A DNA stretch of 64,000 nt, taken from the IMG/VR virus record IMGVR_UViG_3300008262_000055, one strand, 5' to 3'. Both the position numbers and the translations under genes were made by a program. The notes under the pieces were generated by a model. It did not search any database, was not told the origin of the DNA, and saw nothing but the letters and a program-made list of their open reading frames with translations. Positions 13,783 through 23,330 of this stretch are shown here, one piece after another (within the stretch, counting starts at the first letter, position 1; the number at the start of each line of letters is the position of its first letter). The DNA is from a virus (taxonomy: Duplodnaviria; Caudoviricetes).

Positions 13783-15557
13783 GCTACGATCTCCACATCA
13801 TTTGAATAACTGGTAAAACCGTTTTCTTTTATTACTTTCAGCACATGATTTACCCTGCTGGTTAGATCATCCCTGTGCGATATTAAGAATACATTCTTGT
13901 TACGTTCACGGGTCATGCGTTTCAATACTGCAATAGAACTTTCAACACCGCTGGAATCCATGCCGCTATCAACTAGTTCGTCAATAAACAACAAGTTGAT
14001 GGGCTGATATAGGTTTTCCCATACATCGCGGAACGCCCAACTTAGACTTAATATAAGTCTATTACGTTCTCCACGGCTGAGATTATCAAAGTCTAGGTCT
14101 TGTCCTAGTTGTGTAATGATTACTGATAGATCGTTTTGGAATTCTACTATATGCGGTAACCCAATTTTGTCTAGATAATAAGTCAAACGCTGATTTAAGA
14201 ACGCTAGATTTTGATCAATAATACGTTTGCGTACAAAACTGTCTTTGTTAGTCAACAGTTTGTATAAAAACTCTTGATGATCCTTAAGTTTTGTTAACTC
14301 ATTAACTGCTTCCCAGTCTATTTCTTGTACTGCGGTATTTTTTAAATCATCGATTTGTTCGGCATAGGGATTGGTTTCTGCTTCTTTTATAGTGATATCT
14401 TTTTCTAAACCTGAAAGCGTATTTTTGTGATTTAATGCTTCTTCAAGATTATCATAACTTACCTGCGGACACGCATTAAGTTCGCCCAATAATCCTAGTG
14501 CTTCTTTGAGAGTATCTAATTCTTTTTGGTGTTCGTTAACAGAATTAGTACTGTCTTCTAACTGTTTGGTTTTAGTAGAGACCATACTTTCATGTTTTTC
14601 GTCATGTAAGTCTTGGCCACAGCTATGACATTTATGATCAGCTAAAAGATTTAATTCTTTTTCTAGCTTGTCTAAGGTTTTTTGTTCTTTTTCAAAAGTA
14701 GTAACCTGTTTTGCGATCATCGCAGTTAGATTATCGTGTTCTTTTTTGTTTTTGTTCCACTCTATTAGAGCACGTTGATTAATAATTTCCTGATCAATAT
14801 CGATAGTACCTAGTATGTCAATACTTTTTCTAAGGTTCTCTAAGGCTTTTTCTTTTTGATCTTCCCACAGTTTTTGTTTACGTTCTAAACTTTCAATACT
14901 CTGTTGTATTTTTTCGTTAGAGATCTTAATAGTCTCTATCCTTGTGTTTTCTGTGGCAATAGCATCTTTGGTCTGTTTGACTTGTTCTTTGAGATTTTCG
15001 GCTTTCTCGCTGAGTAAAGTAATTCCCAGCAGTTGCTCAATAATACTTCGTTGATCAGCAGCCTTCATTGACAAGAACGGCTCAGTGTAGGTATTCAAAG
15101 CCACAAGATGTTTGAACATTTCGTGTGTCATTCCAAACATTTCTTCAATGGCTTTTTGTGTTTCTCTAGAATCGCCCTGACTCTCGTCTAGGTCATCTAA
15201 CTCTTGTTCTTGACCGTTAACACTAAACTTTAATAAGTTGGGCTTACGTCCACGTTCAATATGATATTCAATACCGTCTTTTTCAAACGTTACAGTAGCT
15301 AACATTCCTTTGCCGTTGATCTTGTTAACGAGATTGTCTTTCTTAATGTTAGTTAAAGCATTGCCGTAGATAGCATAACTTAGTCCATTAATGATTGTAG
15401 TTTTACCAGTGCCGTTACGAGCACCGCTGTCATCTCCGCCTAGGTCTAAATTTTCACCTAACACTAAAGTTAATTGTCCGCGGTCAAAATCAATAGCTTG
15501 GGTTTGATTCCCCACACTCATAAAATTTTTAACAGTAAGATTTTTTATTTTAATCAT
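13779..15557 (-). CDS. gp46: Recombination endonuclease ATPase subunit (T4 gp46/SbcC/Rad50-like)
   Basis: Walker A GARNGTGKT, coiled coil with CHSC zinc hook, signature LSRGE, Walker B LFIDE, ISH. Confidence 0.95.
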   Translation of the reverse strand: MIKIKNLTVKNFMSVGNQTQAIDFDRGQLTLVLGENLDLGGDDSGARNGTGKTTIINGLSYAIYGNALTNIKKDNLVNKINGKGMLATVTFEKDGIEYHIERGRKPNLLKFSVNGQEQELDDLDESQGDSRETQKAIEEMFGMTHEMFKHLVALNTYTEPFLSMKAADQRSIIEQLLGITLLSEKAENLKEQVKQTKDAIATENTRIETIKISNEKIQQSIESLERKQKLWEDQKEKALENLRKSIDILGTIDIDQEIINQRALIEWNKNKKEHDNLTAMIAKQVTTFEKEQKTLDKLEKELNLLADHKCHSCGQDLHDEKHESMVSTKTKQLEDSTNSVNEHQKELDTLKEALGLLGELNACPQVSYDNLEEALNHKNTLSGLEKDITIKEAETNPYAEQIDDLKNTAVQEIDWEAVNELTKLKDHQEFLYKLLTNKDSFVRKRIIDQNLAFLNQRLTYYLDKIGLPHIVEFQNDLSVIITQLGQDLDFDNLSRGERNRLILSLSWAFRDVWENLYQPINLLFIDELVDSGMDSSGVESSIAVLKRMTRERNKNVFLISHRDDLTSRVNHVLKVIKENGFTSYSNDVEIVA

Positions 15558-16564
15558 AAGTCTCTGTAAATGTCCAACAATAATTTTTTGTCATAGGAAT
15601 CGCTTTCAATAGCATCAATCTGATTCATCACAATCGTATCAACTGATTCAAAATTAACGTCTATGGCCACTGCATTGCTTTCTACCTCTACTTTTTCAGG
15701 TATAAGCATAAGTTCTCTAAGATTATACTGAGGTATAAACTGTTCTTTGATAAAGTTAGCCTCTTCAAATGTAATAGGTAGATCTATAGTAACTCTACAG
15801 TGCATTTTTTCTTTAAGCAAAGAATCTGGACTATCTATAATTTGGCTTAACTTGTAGGTTCTAAACGTAGGCTGTCCGGGCCAAATACGATATTCTGGTT
15901 TTCCGCCCCACTCTAACATCATCATGCCGCGGTCGTCGTCTCCGGCATCGGCATAGTTGTGCGGAAAAGCATTACCAATGTAAGTGATATTCCTGCTAGT
16001 CTGACGCTTATGGAAGTGTCCAGAGAATACATATTCTTGATTTACAAAATGTGTGCTCTGTAATTGTCCATGATCGGGCATCTGTACCATAGCATTCATG
16101 TAGAAATTTGGAAGCTCAAGATGTCCAAAAATATAACGACTCTTGATCTTAGGAACCTTTTGCCATTCATCACCTACTAGCCACGGTAGAATAGTAACAT
16201 CGCCCTCAGTGAACGGATCTCTAATAGGTACTACATTAGGAAACAATCTCATAAACTCTATAGAGTTAATTTCACGTTTATCTTTATAAAATAAATCATG
16301 GTTTCCTAAAATAAAATATACTTTTTCAAAGTTTTGGCTTAGACGTTCTAGATTTGAAACGGTATAGTTCATGGTACTGACATCAGTGGTCGCACGATTG
16401 TGATGCCAGTCACCTAAAAATATAGCAGTTTCACACCCTTCATCTTTGGCAGTGTCGCAAAACCATTTGACAAACTCTTCACAATCGGCATTATGCGTTC
16501 GACTGCCTGATTTTAATCCAAAATGTATATCTGTAAAACACGCTGCTTTTTTGAATAGACTCAT
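15554..16564 (-). CDS. gp47: Recombination endonuclease nuclease subunit (T4 gp47/SbcD/Mre11-like)
   Basis: Metallophosphoesterase motifs TDIHFG, LGDWHH, GNHD, GHLE, SGHFH. Confidence 0.95.
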   Translation of the reverse strand: MSLFKKAACFTDIHFGLKSGSRTHNADCEEFVKWFCDTAKDEGCETAIFLGDWHHNRATTDVSTMNYTVSNLERLSQNFEKVYFILGNHDLFYKDKREINSIEFMRLFPNVVPIRDPFTEGDVTILPWLVGDEWQKVPKIKSRYIFGHLELPNFYMNAMVQMPDHGQLQSTHFVNQEYVFSGHFHKRQTSRNITYIGNAFPHNYADAGDDDRGMMMLEWGGKPEYRIWPGQPTFRTYKLSQIIDSPDSLLKEKMHCRVTIDLPITFEEANFIKEQFIPQYNLRELMLIPEKVEVESNAVAIDVNFESVDTIVMNQIDAIESDSYDKKLLLDIYRDL

Positions 16565-16570
16565 AAAGTT

Positions 16571-16599
16571 ATTATACTATTTTTGTTATAAAAGATCAA
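16571..16599 (-). promoter_or_regulatory. Sigma70-type (early) promoter for gp47-gp46
   Basis: TTGATC, 17-nt spacer, TATAAT; the ATG at 16564 is 7 nt downstream of the -10 box. Confidence 0.6.
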
Positions 16600-17450
16600 T
16601 CCCAATCACCGCCTTCGGTTGTAACTGGCCCAGGAGCAGCAACTCCGCCGCCACCGCCGCTGTTCTGTCTAGTCCATGAAGGATTCATACCATTCATTTC
16701 GAGAATGTCGTCTCGAATGTTTTGATTGCGTTTTTCAATGTTGATAATTCTAACGAATGAGTTAGTAACAGCAGCGGTATAATAAGCAAAAGGATTATTA
16801 GATTTACTTTCATCAAATTGTAGTCCTATCTGAGTTAGTTGAAGAATGGCTTGCCCTTTCATTTCGTCGTTATAGGTATAACCTCTAACGTTACCGCGGG
16901 TAGCATAGCGTTCACAGAGTTTGATAAACATGCGAGCTAGGTCATTGGTCATCTGACCGTGATCCTTACAGAACTCTCCAGAGTCAATGCCGCCCTTCCA
17001 ATGACTTTTTCCTACACATATAAGATTGTTATTCTCATCATATTTCCAGTGCTGAAATGGCGGAAAGTTGACCTTTTCATGACTGTCTGCTCTAGACTTA
17101 ACTGTCTTCTTACGCCCTGGTGCTAGAGGTATATGATCAAAGGTCATGATTCTAAACACAAGGTCGTGTTTGTTAATTTTTTTATAATCTATTTCTGAAT
17201 CTTTAGCAGATGCTTTTTTATTGGTCTGCTGTGCTATTTCGTGTGCTTTCTTGCTTTCTTTAGCAGCTCTGTTTCGTTTGGCCTCTGCAATAGTTCTCAC
17301 ATTTAGTTTGTCAAGATTGGGTACTATTAGATCATAATCTGAATATTCTGGGCTGGTATAAAAACAAAATGTATTTTTACTTCTGTGTATTTCTGCTAGT
17401 AAATCCTTGTTTGTTAAGTACTTTACTTTTGGTGGTTGTATTATTGTCAT
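16596..17450 (-). CDS. gp55: Late-transcription sigma factor (T4 gp55-like)
   Basis: YLTNKDLLAEI, RGYTYNDEMKGQAILQL, FDESKSNNPFAYYT...NSF; TATAAATA boxes occur in the window. Confidence 0.85.
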   Translation of the reverse strand: MTIIQPPKVKYLTNKDLLAEIHRSKNTFCFYTSPEYSDYDLIVPNLDKLNVRTIAEAKRNRAAKESKKAHEIAQQTNKKASAKDSEIDYKKINKHDLVFRIMTFDHIPLAPGRKKTVKSRADSHEKVNFPPFQHWKYDENNNLICVGKSHWKGGIDSGEFCKDHGQMTNDLARMFIKLCERYATRGNVRGYTYNDEMKGQAILQLTQIGLQFDESKSNNPFAYYTAAVTNSFVRIINIEKRNQNIRDDILEMNGMNPSWTRQNSGGGGGVAAPGPVTTEGGDWD

Positions 17451-17494
17451 CTATTGATTCCTCTGGAAATATAATAATAGCACATTTTTAAGAA

Positions 17495-17502
17495 AATAAA
17501 TA
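17495..17502 (+). promoter_or_regulatory. Late promoter (AATAAATA) of the baseplate operon
   Basis: 19 nt upstream of the ATG at 17522. Confidence 0.6.
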
Positions 17503-17521
17503 GTCTAAAGGATACCAATTT

Positions 17522-18541
17522 ATGCCATTACCATTAAACACGGAAACTACTATTGGCGGAGTAGCAGTTGTTGTGAAGTCAGCCCCGGAAAGATCGTCAG
17601 GACCAAATAGAAGTGGTTCCAGCGATACTCCTCAGAATGCTGCCGATCAGGCGGTGAGTGCGTATGCCGCCCCGGGTGGTAGTAATAGTTATAACAATAG
17701 GCCTAAGGGACTGAATATTCCTGATTTCAGTGGCTTAGACAAAGCGTTGGGAACTCTAGGATCAATAGCTGCTTTAATATCGCTTGGAAAGTCTGCTTAT
17801 GAAAATGTCAAAGATCTAAAGTTTGATCTTGGTGCCTTATCGTATAAACGATTAACAACTACCTCGGTACCAACTTTAAACATGTGGACGGCTGGGGTTG
17901 ATCTCAACGACAAAGAACCAACTAGACGCAGTGTTACCGGCGATTCTCGTATACGGTTGAACACTGATTTTACTGTATTTAATGGCTTTTCAGAAAATCC
18001 ATATTTTAAACGGTTAATAGAAACCGGAGGTTTAATATTTCCCTATACTCCAAATATTTCTTTAACATACAAAGCTAATTATTCAAGCACTGAAGGAATT
18101 GTTCATTCAAATTTTCCTTTCCAAGCATACAAAAATAGTCAGATTGAAGATATAACTATACAAGGCGAATTTACTGTACAGAATGCTTCTGAAGGTCAAT
18201 ACTGGATGGCAGCAAATCATTTCCTGCGTTCAGCTACCAAAATGTTTTATGGTAAATCAGTCCCTGCCGGATTTCCGCCGGTTGTGTGTACGTTAACTGG
18301 CTACGGGCCAGAAATGTTGCCTTCTCTGCCAGTGGTAGTTAAATCTTTTCAGGTAGACCTTAAAGATAACGTACAGTATCTAACAGTTCCGTCATTGGTA
18401 CAGTCTGGAGCAAGCGGAAACAACAGTGTTCCAATGCACAGTACTATAACGGTTGTTGTTAGTCCTATGTACAATAGAGAACAAGTACGAAGAGAATTTA
18501 ATCTTGCTGAGTACTCAGCAGGTAGACTAACAGGATTTTAA
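17522..18541 (+). CDS. Baseplate/tail tube initiator-like protein (gp48/gp54-like)
   Basis: GLIFPYTP.I...Y.A.Y, HSNFPFQAY, ITIQGEFTVQ, PPVVC.L.GYG; first gene of the baseplate cluster. Confidence 0.6.
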   Translation: MPLPLNTETTIGGVAVVVKSAPERSSGPNRSGSSDTPQNAADQAVSAYAAPGGSNSYNNRPKGLNIPDFSGLDKALGTLGSIAALISLGKSAYENVKDLKFDLGALSYKRLTTTSVPTLNMWTAGVDLNDKEPTRRSVTGDSRIRLNTDFTVFNGFSENPYFKRLIETGGLIFPYTPNISLTYKANYSSTEGIVHSNFPFQAYKNSQIEDITIQGEFTVQNASEGQYWMAANHFLRSATKMFYGKSVPAGFPPVVCTLTGYGPEMLPSLPVVVKSFQVDLKDNVQYLTVPSLVQSGASGNNSVPMHSTITVVVSPMYNREQVRREFNLAEYSAGRLTGF

Positions 18542-18543
18542 TA

Positions 18544-18843
18544 ATGGCCACATATAAAAATACATCACCTTGGTTTAAGACTAGACAAAATTCTCTTTAC
18601 TTAGATATCTTAAAGATTAGACCAGTGCCATCTAGCGATACTGATTTTACCTATATCATAGATACAAAATATAAACATAGACCCGATCTATTAGCCTATG
18701 ATCTTTATGGAACACCTAAGCTGTGGTGGGTATTTGTACAAAGAAATATGTCTATTATTAAAGATCCTATATATGATTTTGAACCGGGATTAGAAATAAA
18801 AATACCTCAAAAAAATAATTTAATGAATTATTTAGGAATATAA
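18544..18843 (+). CDS. Baseplate wedge protein (gp53/LysM-like)
   Basis: HRPDLLAYDLYGTPKLWWVF...N...DPIYDF..G..I.IP. Confidence 0.8.
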   Translation: MATYKNTSPWFKTRQNSLYLDILKIRPVPSSDTDFTYIIDTKYKHRPDLLAYDLYGTPKLWWVFVQRNMSIIKDPIYDFEPGLEIKIPQKNNLMNYLGI

Positions 18844-18844
18844 G

Positions 18845-21169
18845 ATGGCTAATCAAATAAATGCCGTAGTGGGGGGTACGTTGCCAGACCGGGCAATAGT
18901 TGACTTACGAAAAGAACTAGACAGCGGTAGTCCTGCTAAACAATTTGGCAATGTAGAAGATAATATTTTAAAATATTATACCAATGTTATTCCTGTTTTT
19001 ACCTTAGCACCATTGACACCAACAAATTTAGATTCTTTGCAATCTAACGGAACGTTTGGTACTGCTTTACAAAATGTAGTGCTATCTTCTGCCGGGCGGT
19101 ACGATGCCGAGCGGGTTGCTACTTTTTATGGTTCTCCTGAATATTTTATCAACAACGTTGAAATTTACACGTTTGCTACGCCAACAAAAATATCTGGCCT
19201 GTCTGGTAATCTTACTATAAATTTTGATGTTCATGAACCTTACAGTCTAGGCCTATTCATGCAGAGTTTACAGACTGCTGCTATTAAGTCTGGATATACA
19301 AATTATATAGAATGTGCTTGGTTATTAAGAATAGAATTTCTTGGATATACACCTAACACTTTTAAACAACAGATAATTCCAGGCACAACAAGAGATTATC
19401 CAATAAAATTACAACAAATACAGTTTACGTCTAACGAAGGTGGCAGCAAATATACTGTGAGATGTTTAGATTTTAATCTTGAAGCATTTAATAACGTATA
19501 TGGAAGTGTAGAAGGTAGTATAACAGTCGAAGGCGGCACCGTTGGAGAAGCTCTAGCAGATCTAACTAAGAAACTAAACGAAGCACAATTAAAATTAAAA
19601 GACAGTAAGTTGATAGTTAATGAAGACACATATAAAATTATAGTATCCGGAGCCGAACCAGATAAAATTTTAAAATCTAAATTTGTCAACGCAGACGGAC
19701 AACCTGCTGAGCGTGGATCAAACAGTACTACTGTTAAAAACGAATCTGCGGACAGGGATCAAAAACAAGGAGGAAAACGAAGTTTTCCTTTTCCTGCGTT
19801 AGAAGGTCGTCCTCGAAAAATTGAAGACATCATTAAAGAAATAATGAAAACTTCTGAGTACTGTGTTAACGCTTTAAAAAATATTCCAAAGGACGGTTAT
19901 GTTGTTTGGTATAGGCCTTCGGCAAAATTAAAATATAAAGGCCAAAAATTTCAGTTAGATACTGTGCAAAACAGACCAGCATACGACATAGAATATTATA
20001 TTAGGCCTTACAGAGCTCATCATTCAAATTGGAAACTGCCTTCAGACGAAACCAAAGGATTTGCCCCTGACGACATTCCTGCTCAAATTAAAAAGAAATA
20101 TGATTATCTGTACACTGGACAAAACGATGATATTATTCGCTGGGAACTAAAATTTGACAATACCTTTTATACTGCTATGTCAGCTCAAGGATATAATAGT
20201 CAACGAGGAGCTATAGACAGCGACGGAAAAACTATTAAACCCGAGGATGTAGGTGGAAACACACCTGGTACTAATATTAAAGGATTAACTTTAGAAACTC
20301 ATGCGGGAAAAATGTTAAGAGACAAAAGATCATCTTATGCTGCTCCACAAGGCGGCGGCACCAAAGATACGGCAGAAATAAGAGTAGCTAGAGCATTTGA
20401 ACAGGCTATGTTGTTAGATACAGAAATGATAATGTTAGATCTTACCATACTAGGTGACCCGTACTATCTAACTAAATCTGGAGTTTTTATAGACAATGTA
20501 GCACCAGTAGCACCAGGAGCTCAGGTCAACAGTGACGGAACGATGGCCAGCGAAGAAGTTGAAATTCGACTTTATCTAAGATTTAAGAGTCCTGTTGATG
20601 CTCCTCCTAAAGGAAGGTCGCTGTTCCTATTTCCAGCAGCTGGTTTTACGGACAGTCCTTACAGCGGCTTGTTTAGAATCAGAACAGTTAAAAGTAAATT
20701 TATTGACGGAGTTTTTACACAAGAATTAAATTTATTTAGAGATCGAGGACAACAGCCTGAAGAATTAATCAACCAGAAATCAGACCCATTCTTACAAAGT
20801 CCAGGACTATCACCTACTCCTGATCCTAATAGAGCTCAGCTAAACGGAACTCCGGCAGCAGCAGCAGTTGAACCTGCTATTGCAAGCACTCCGGAGGTAT
20901 CTGCCGCACCTGCGGCTGCCGCACCTGCGGCTGTCTCCAGTGATAAGTTTGATGTCCAGTCGAATTCACCAGTTGTTAAAGAATCAGCTACAGTGGAAGT
21001 ACAAACATTTCCAGTAACTACTTCTACAGTTGAAGTTACTCGTGAATGGCGAGCTACCGATAATCAACCTCCGCCTTTTCAAAAGGAAGGTAATGTTAAA
21101 ACTGGACCTCAGGGACAAAAACTAGAGTATAGTGAAGATTTAGAAAGACAGCTCAATAATGGCAATTAA
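18845..21169 (+). CDS. Baseplate hub/tail protein (gp27/gpD-like)
   Basis: 774 aa between the gp53-like and gp5-like genes; LTILGDPYYL and YSGLFRIRTVKSKF.DGVFTQEL motifs. Confidence 0.6.
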   Translation: MANQINAVVGGTLPDRAIVDLRKELDSGSPAKQFGNVEDNILKYYTNVIPVFTLAPLTPTNLDSLQSNGTFGTALQNVVLSSAGRYDAERVATFYGSPEYFINNVEIYTFATPTKISGLSGNLTINFDVHEPYSLGLFMQSLQTAAIKSGYTNYIECAWLLRIEFLGYTPNTFKQQIIPGTTRDYPIKLQQIQFTSNEGGSKYTVRCLDFNLEAFNNVYGSVEGSITVEGGTVGEALADLTKKLNEAQLKLKDSKLIVNEDTYKIIVSGAEPDKILKSKFVNADGQPAERGSNSTTVKNESADRDQKQGGKRSFPFPALEGRPRKIEDIIKEIMKTSEYCVNALKNIPKDGYVVWYRPSAKLKYKGQKFQLDTVQNRPAYDIEYYIRPYRAHHSNWKLPSDETKGFAPDDIPAQIKKKYDYLYTGQNDDIIRWELKFDNTFYTAMSAQGYNSQRGAIDSDGKTIKPEDVGGNTPGTNIKGLTLETHAGKMLRDKRSSYAAPQGGGTKDTAEIRVARAFEQAMLLDTEMIMLDLTILGDPYYLTKSGVFIDNVAPVAPGAQVNSDGTMASEEVEIRLYLRFKSPVDAPPKGRSLFLFPAAGFTDSPYSGLFRIRTVKSKFIDGVFTQELNLFRDRGQQPEELINQKSDPFLQSPGLSPTPDPNRAQLNGTPAAAAVEPAIASTPEVSAAPAAAAPAAVSSDKFDVQSNSPVVKESATVEVQTFPVTTSTVEVTREWRATDNQPPPFQKEGNVKTGPQGQKLEYSEDLERQLNNGN
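20901..20933. repeat. 15-nt coding tandem repeat (AAPAA x2)
   Basis: ctgccgcacctgcgg twice, followed by ctg. Confidence 0.8.
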
Positions 21170-21183
21170 ATTAGGAAATAATA

Positions 21184-22821
21184 ATGGCACAGACGCATAG
21201 ATTAAATGAAGAGCGATATCAAGAACAGAGGTCGCTAGGAATCCGTTTAGCCAAAGTAGTTGCCCATAAAGATCCAAATTTTATGGGGAGATTAACAGTA
21301 ACTCTAATTACTACAGATTCTGATCCAATAGGCCTAGAAGGTCAAACAGTGGACGTATATTATTGTCCTCCATTTTTTGGCTCTACAAACTATGTGTTCA
21401 ATGGTTCTAATACTGGCAACGAAAACGCATTTAATGACACACAAAAATCCTATGGGATGAGTTTTATTCCGCCAGATATTGGAGTAACTGTATTATGTGT
21501 ATTTGAATCAGAAACCGGCAAGGGATTTTGGGTAGGATGTGTTCCTGATACCTATATGAACAATATGGTCCCTGCTATAGCTGCTTCATCAGCAGTCGAC
21601 TTATCACCCACTCAAAAAGAAGATTTTGGAAATATTCCGCTTCCTGTAGCAGAATATAATAGGGCAATACAAAGAAAAGAAGGCCCCGACGAAACTAAAA
21701 AACCAGTCCATCCTATAGCAGGATTTATGTTGGAACAGGGACTAATCGAGGATGATATACGCGGTAGAACTTCATCTACTATGCGAAGAAATCAAACACC
21801 ATCTGTGTTTGGTATATCAACACCAGGGCCCTTAGACAAACGTCCAGGTGCTAAAAGAATGCCCACTGGAACTTCAGATGATAAAACTAAACCAATACCA
21901 GTAAGCAGAGTAGGCGGCACACAATTTGTCATGGATGACGGCGATGACAGATTTGTAAGAAAAACGCCAGCAGCAGAAGGTCCTCCAGAATATGCCAATG
22001 TTCTTAAGGGAGAAAAAGGCGATGTTAGAATTCCCATCAGCGAATATTTTAGAGTAAGAACTAGAACAGGTCACCAGATACTATTACATAACTCTGAAGA
22101 TTTAATTTACATAGGAAATTCAAGAGGAACATCGTGGATTGAATTAACCAGTAACGGAAAAATTGATATCTTTGCGGCAGATTCTGTGAGTATACATACT
22201 CAAGGAGATTTTAATTTTAGAGCAGATAGAGATATTAATTTAGAAGCTGGACGTAATATTAATGTCCGTGCTGAAAAAAATTACACCCAAGATATTGAAA
22301 AAGATTTTTCATCGTATATTGGCGGTACCGTTAACAACTATGTTGGCGGAGAAATACAAAATGTGTTTGAGGGATCATTATTACAAACAGTAGGAGAAAG
22401 CCTAGAATTAACTGTTGGGTCTGATCAAAAAATTAAAGTTGCTGGTAACAGTCATCTAACAGCTGGTACAAGTATATTTTCAACAGCAGGAACAGACAGT
22501 CATTTTTTAAGCGGTAGTAAGCATGTACAATACGCCGAACGCATAGAAATTAAATGTGATCCAGCAACCCCTGCTCAATCTCCGATATTAGCGGAGCGTA
22601 TTGTAAAAGAGGAACGGATCAAACTTCATCCTAACGAAGTAGTTGATGCTTCGCAAAAATATGCTCAAACAAGATATCAATCATTTAATCTGGTACAAAG
22701 CATAATGAAACGTATGCCTATGCACGAGCCGTGGTACAAACATGAAAATGTAAATCCTCAAGAGAGTGCGTTAGAAAAGACTGATAGAGAAACTCGTCAA
22801 GCTCTTCCGCCCGCTACATAA
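21184..22821 (+). CDS. Central spike protein (gp5/VgrG-like, no lysozyme domain seen)
   Basis: OB-fold start LAKVVAHKDPNFMGRLTV, SYGMSFIPPDIG.TVLCVF, RTRTGHQILLH, WIELTSNGKIDI, followed by beta-helix repeats. Confidence 0.85.
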   Translation: MAQTHRLNEERYQEQRSLGIRLAKVVAHKDPNFMGRLTVTLITTDSDPIGLEGQTVDVYYCPPFFGSTNYVFNGSNTGNENAFNDTQKSYGMSFIPPDIGVTVLCVFESETGKGFWVGCVPDTYMNNMVPAIAASSAVDLSPTQKEDFGNIPLPVAEYNRAIQRKEGPDETKKPVHPIAGFMLEQGLIEDDIRGRTSSTMRRNQTPSVFGISTPGPLDKRPGAKRMPTGTSDDKTKPIPVSRVGGTQFVMDDGDDRFVRKTPAAEGPPEYANVLKGEKGDVRIPISEYFRVRTRTGHQILLHNSEDLIYIGNSRGTSWIELTSNGKIDIFAADSVSIHTQGDFNFRADRDINLEAGRNINVRAEKNYTQDIEKDFSSYIGGTVNNYVGGEIQNVFEGSLLQTVGESLELTVGSDQKIKVAGNSHLTAGTSIFSTAGTDSHFLSGSKHVQYAERIEIKCDPATPAQSPILAERIVKEERIKLHPNEVVDASQKYAQTRYQSFNLVQSIMKRMPMHEPWYKHENVNPQESALEKTDRETRQALPPAT

Positions 22822-22835
22822 AATAAGGAATAAAA

Positions 22836-23279
22836 ATGTCTAATAAAATTTATAATGTAAAAAAAGTTGATTCGATCAAAGCGTCAACTGGAAATGATAG
22901 GATCAGCGGAGGCATTGCTTACAAGGGATTTGGCAGCAGGGCTATTCGACAAAAATTTAAATTATATGATATAGATCTTGTCAAACAAGATATCATGAAC
23001 GCCTTTAATATTAAAAAAGGCGAAAAGATGGAAAACCCAGAATTTGGAACTATAATTTGGTCTATGATATATGAACCGATGAATGATAATAATATCAAGG
23101 TAATAGAGGATGATGTTATAAGAATACTTAAAGCAGATCCTAGAATTGAAGTTAAAAGTATAGCAGTTGTCCCTAATGAGCAAGGAATAAGAATTGAAGC
23201 TGATCTTAAGTATATAGAATTTGATATTACAGAAGAAATGTTTATTGCCTTTAATCGAACCGATATTCCAAGATTCTAA
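22836..23279 (+). CDS. gp25: Baseplate wedge subunit (gp25-like)
   Basis: LYDIDLVKQDIMNAFNIKKGEKMENPEFGTIIW...EP...DPRI. Confidence 0.85.
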   Translation: MSNKIYNVKKVDSIKASTGNDRISGGIAYKGFGSRAIRQKFKLYDIDLVKQDIMNAFNIKKGEKMENPEFGTIIWSMIYEPMNDNNIKVIEDDVIRILKADPRIEVKSIAVVPNEQGIRIEADLKYIEFDITEEMFIAFNRTDIPRF

Positions 23280-23304
23280 GATAATATGCGTATATTTTAA
23301 AAAA

Positions 23305-23312
23305 AATAAATA
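23305..23312 (+). promoter_or_regulatory. Late promoter (AATAAATA)
   Basis: Upstream of the gp6-like ATG at 23331. Confidence 0.55.
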
Positions 23313-23330
23313 TTACACAGGACACATTAG

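Noticed and set aside
22836-23279. Lysozyme activity of the gp25-like protein
   Set aside because: The gp25 'lysozyme' label is a legacy family name; no catalytic motif is visible and the protein is treated as structural.
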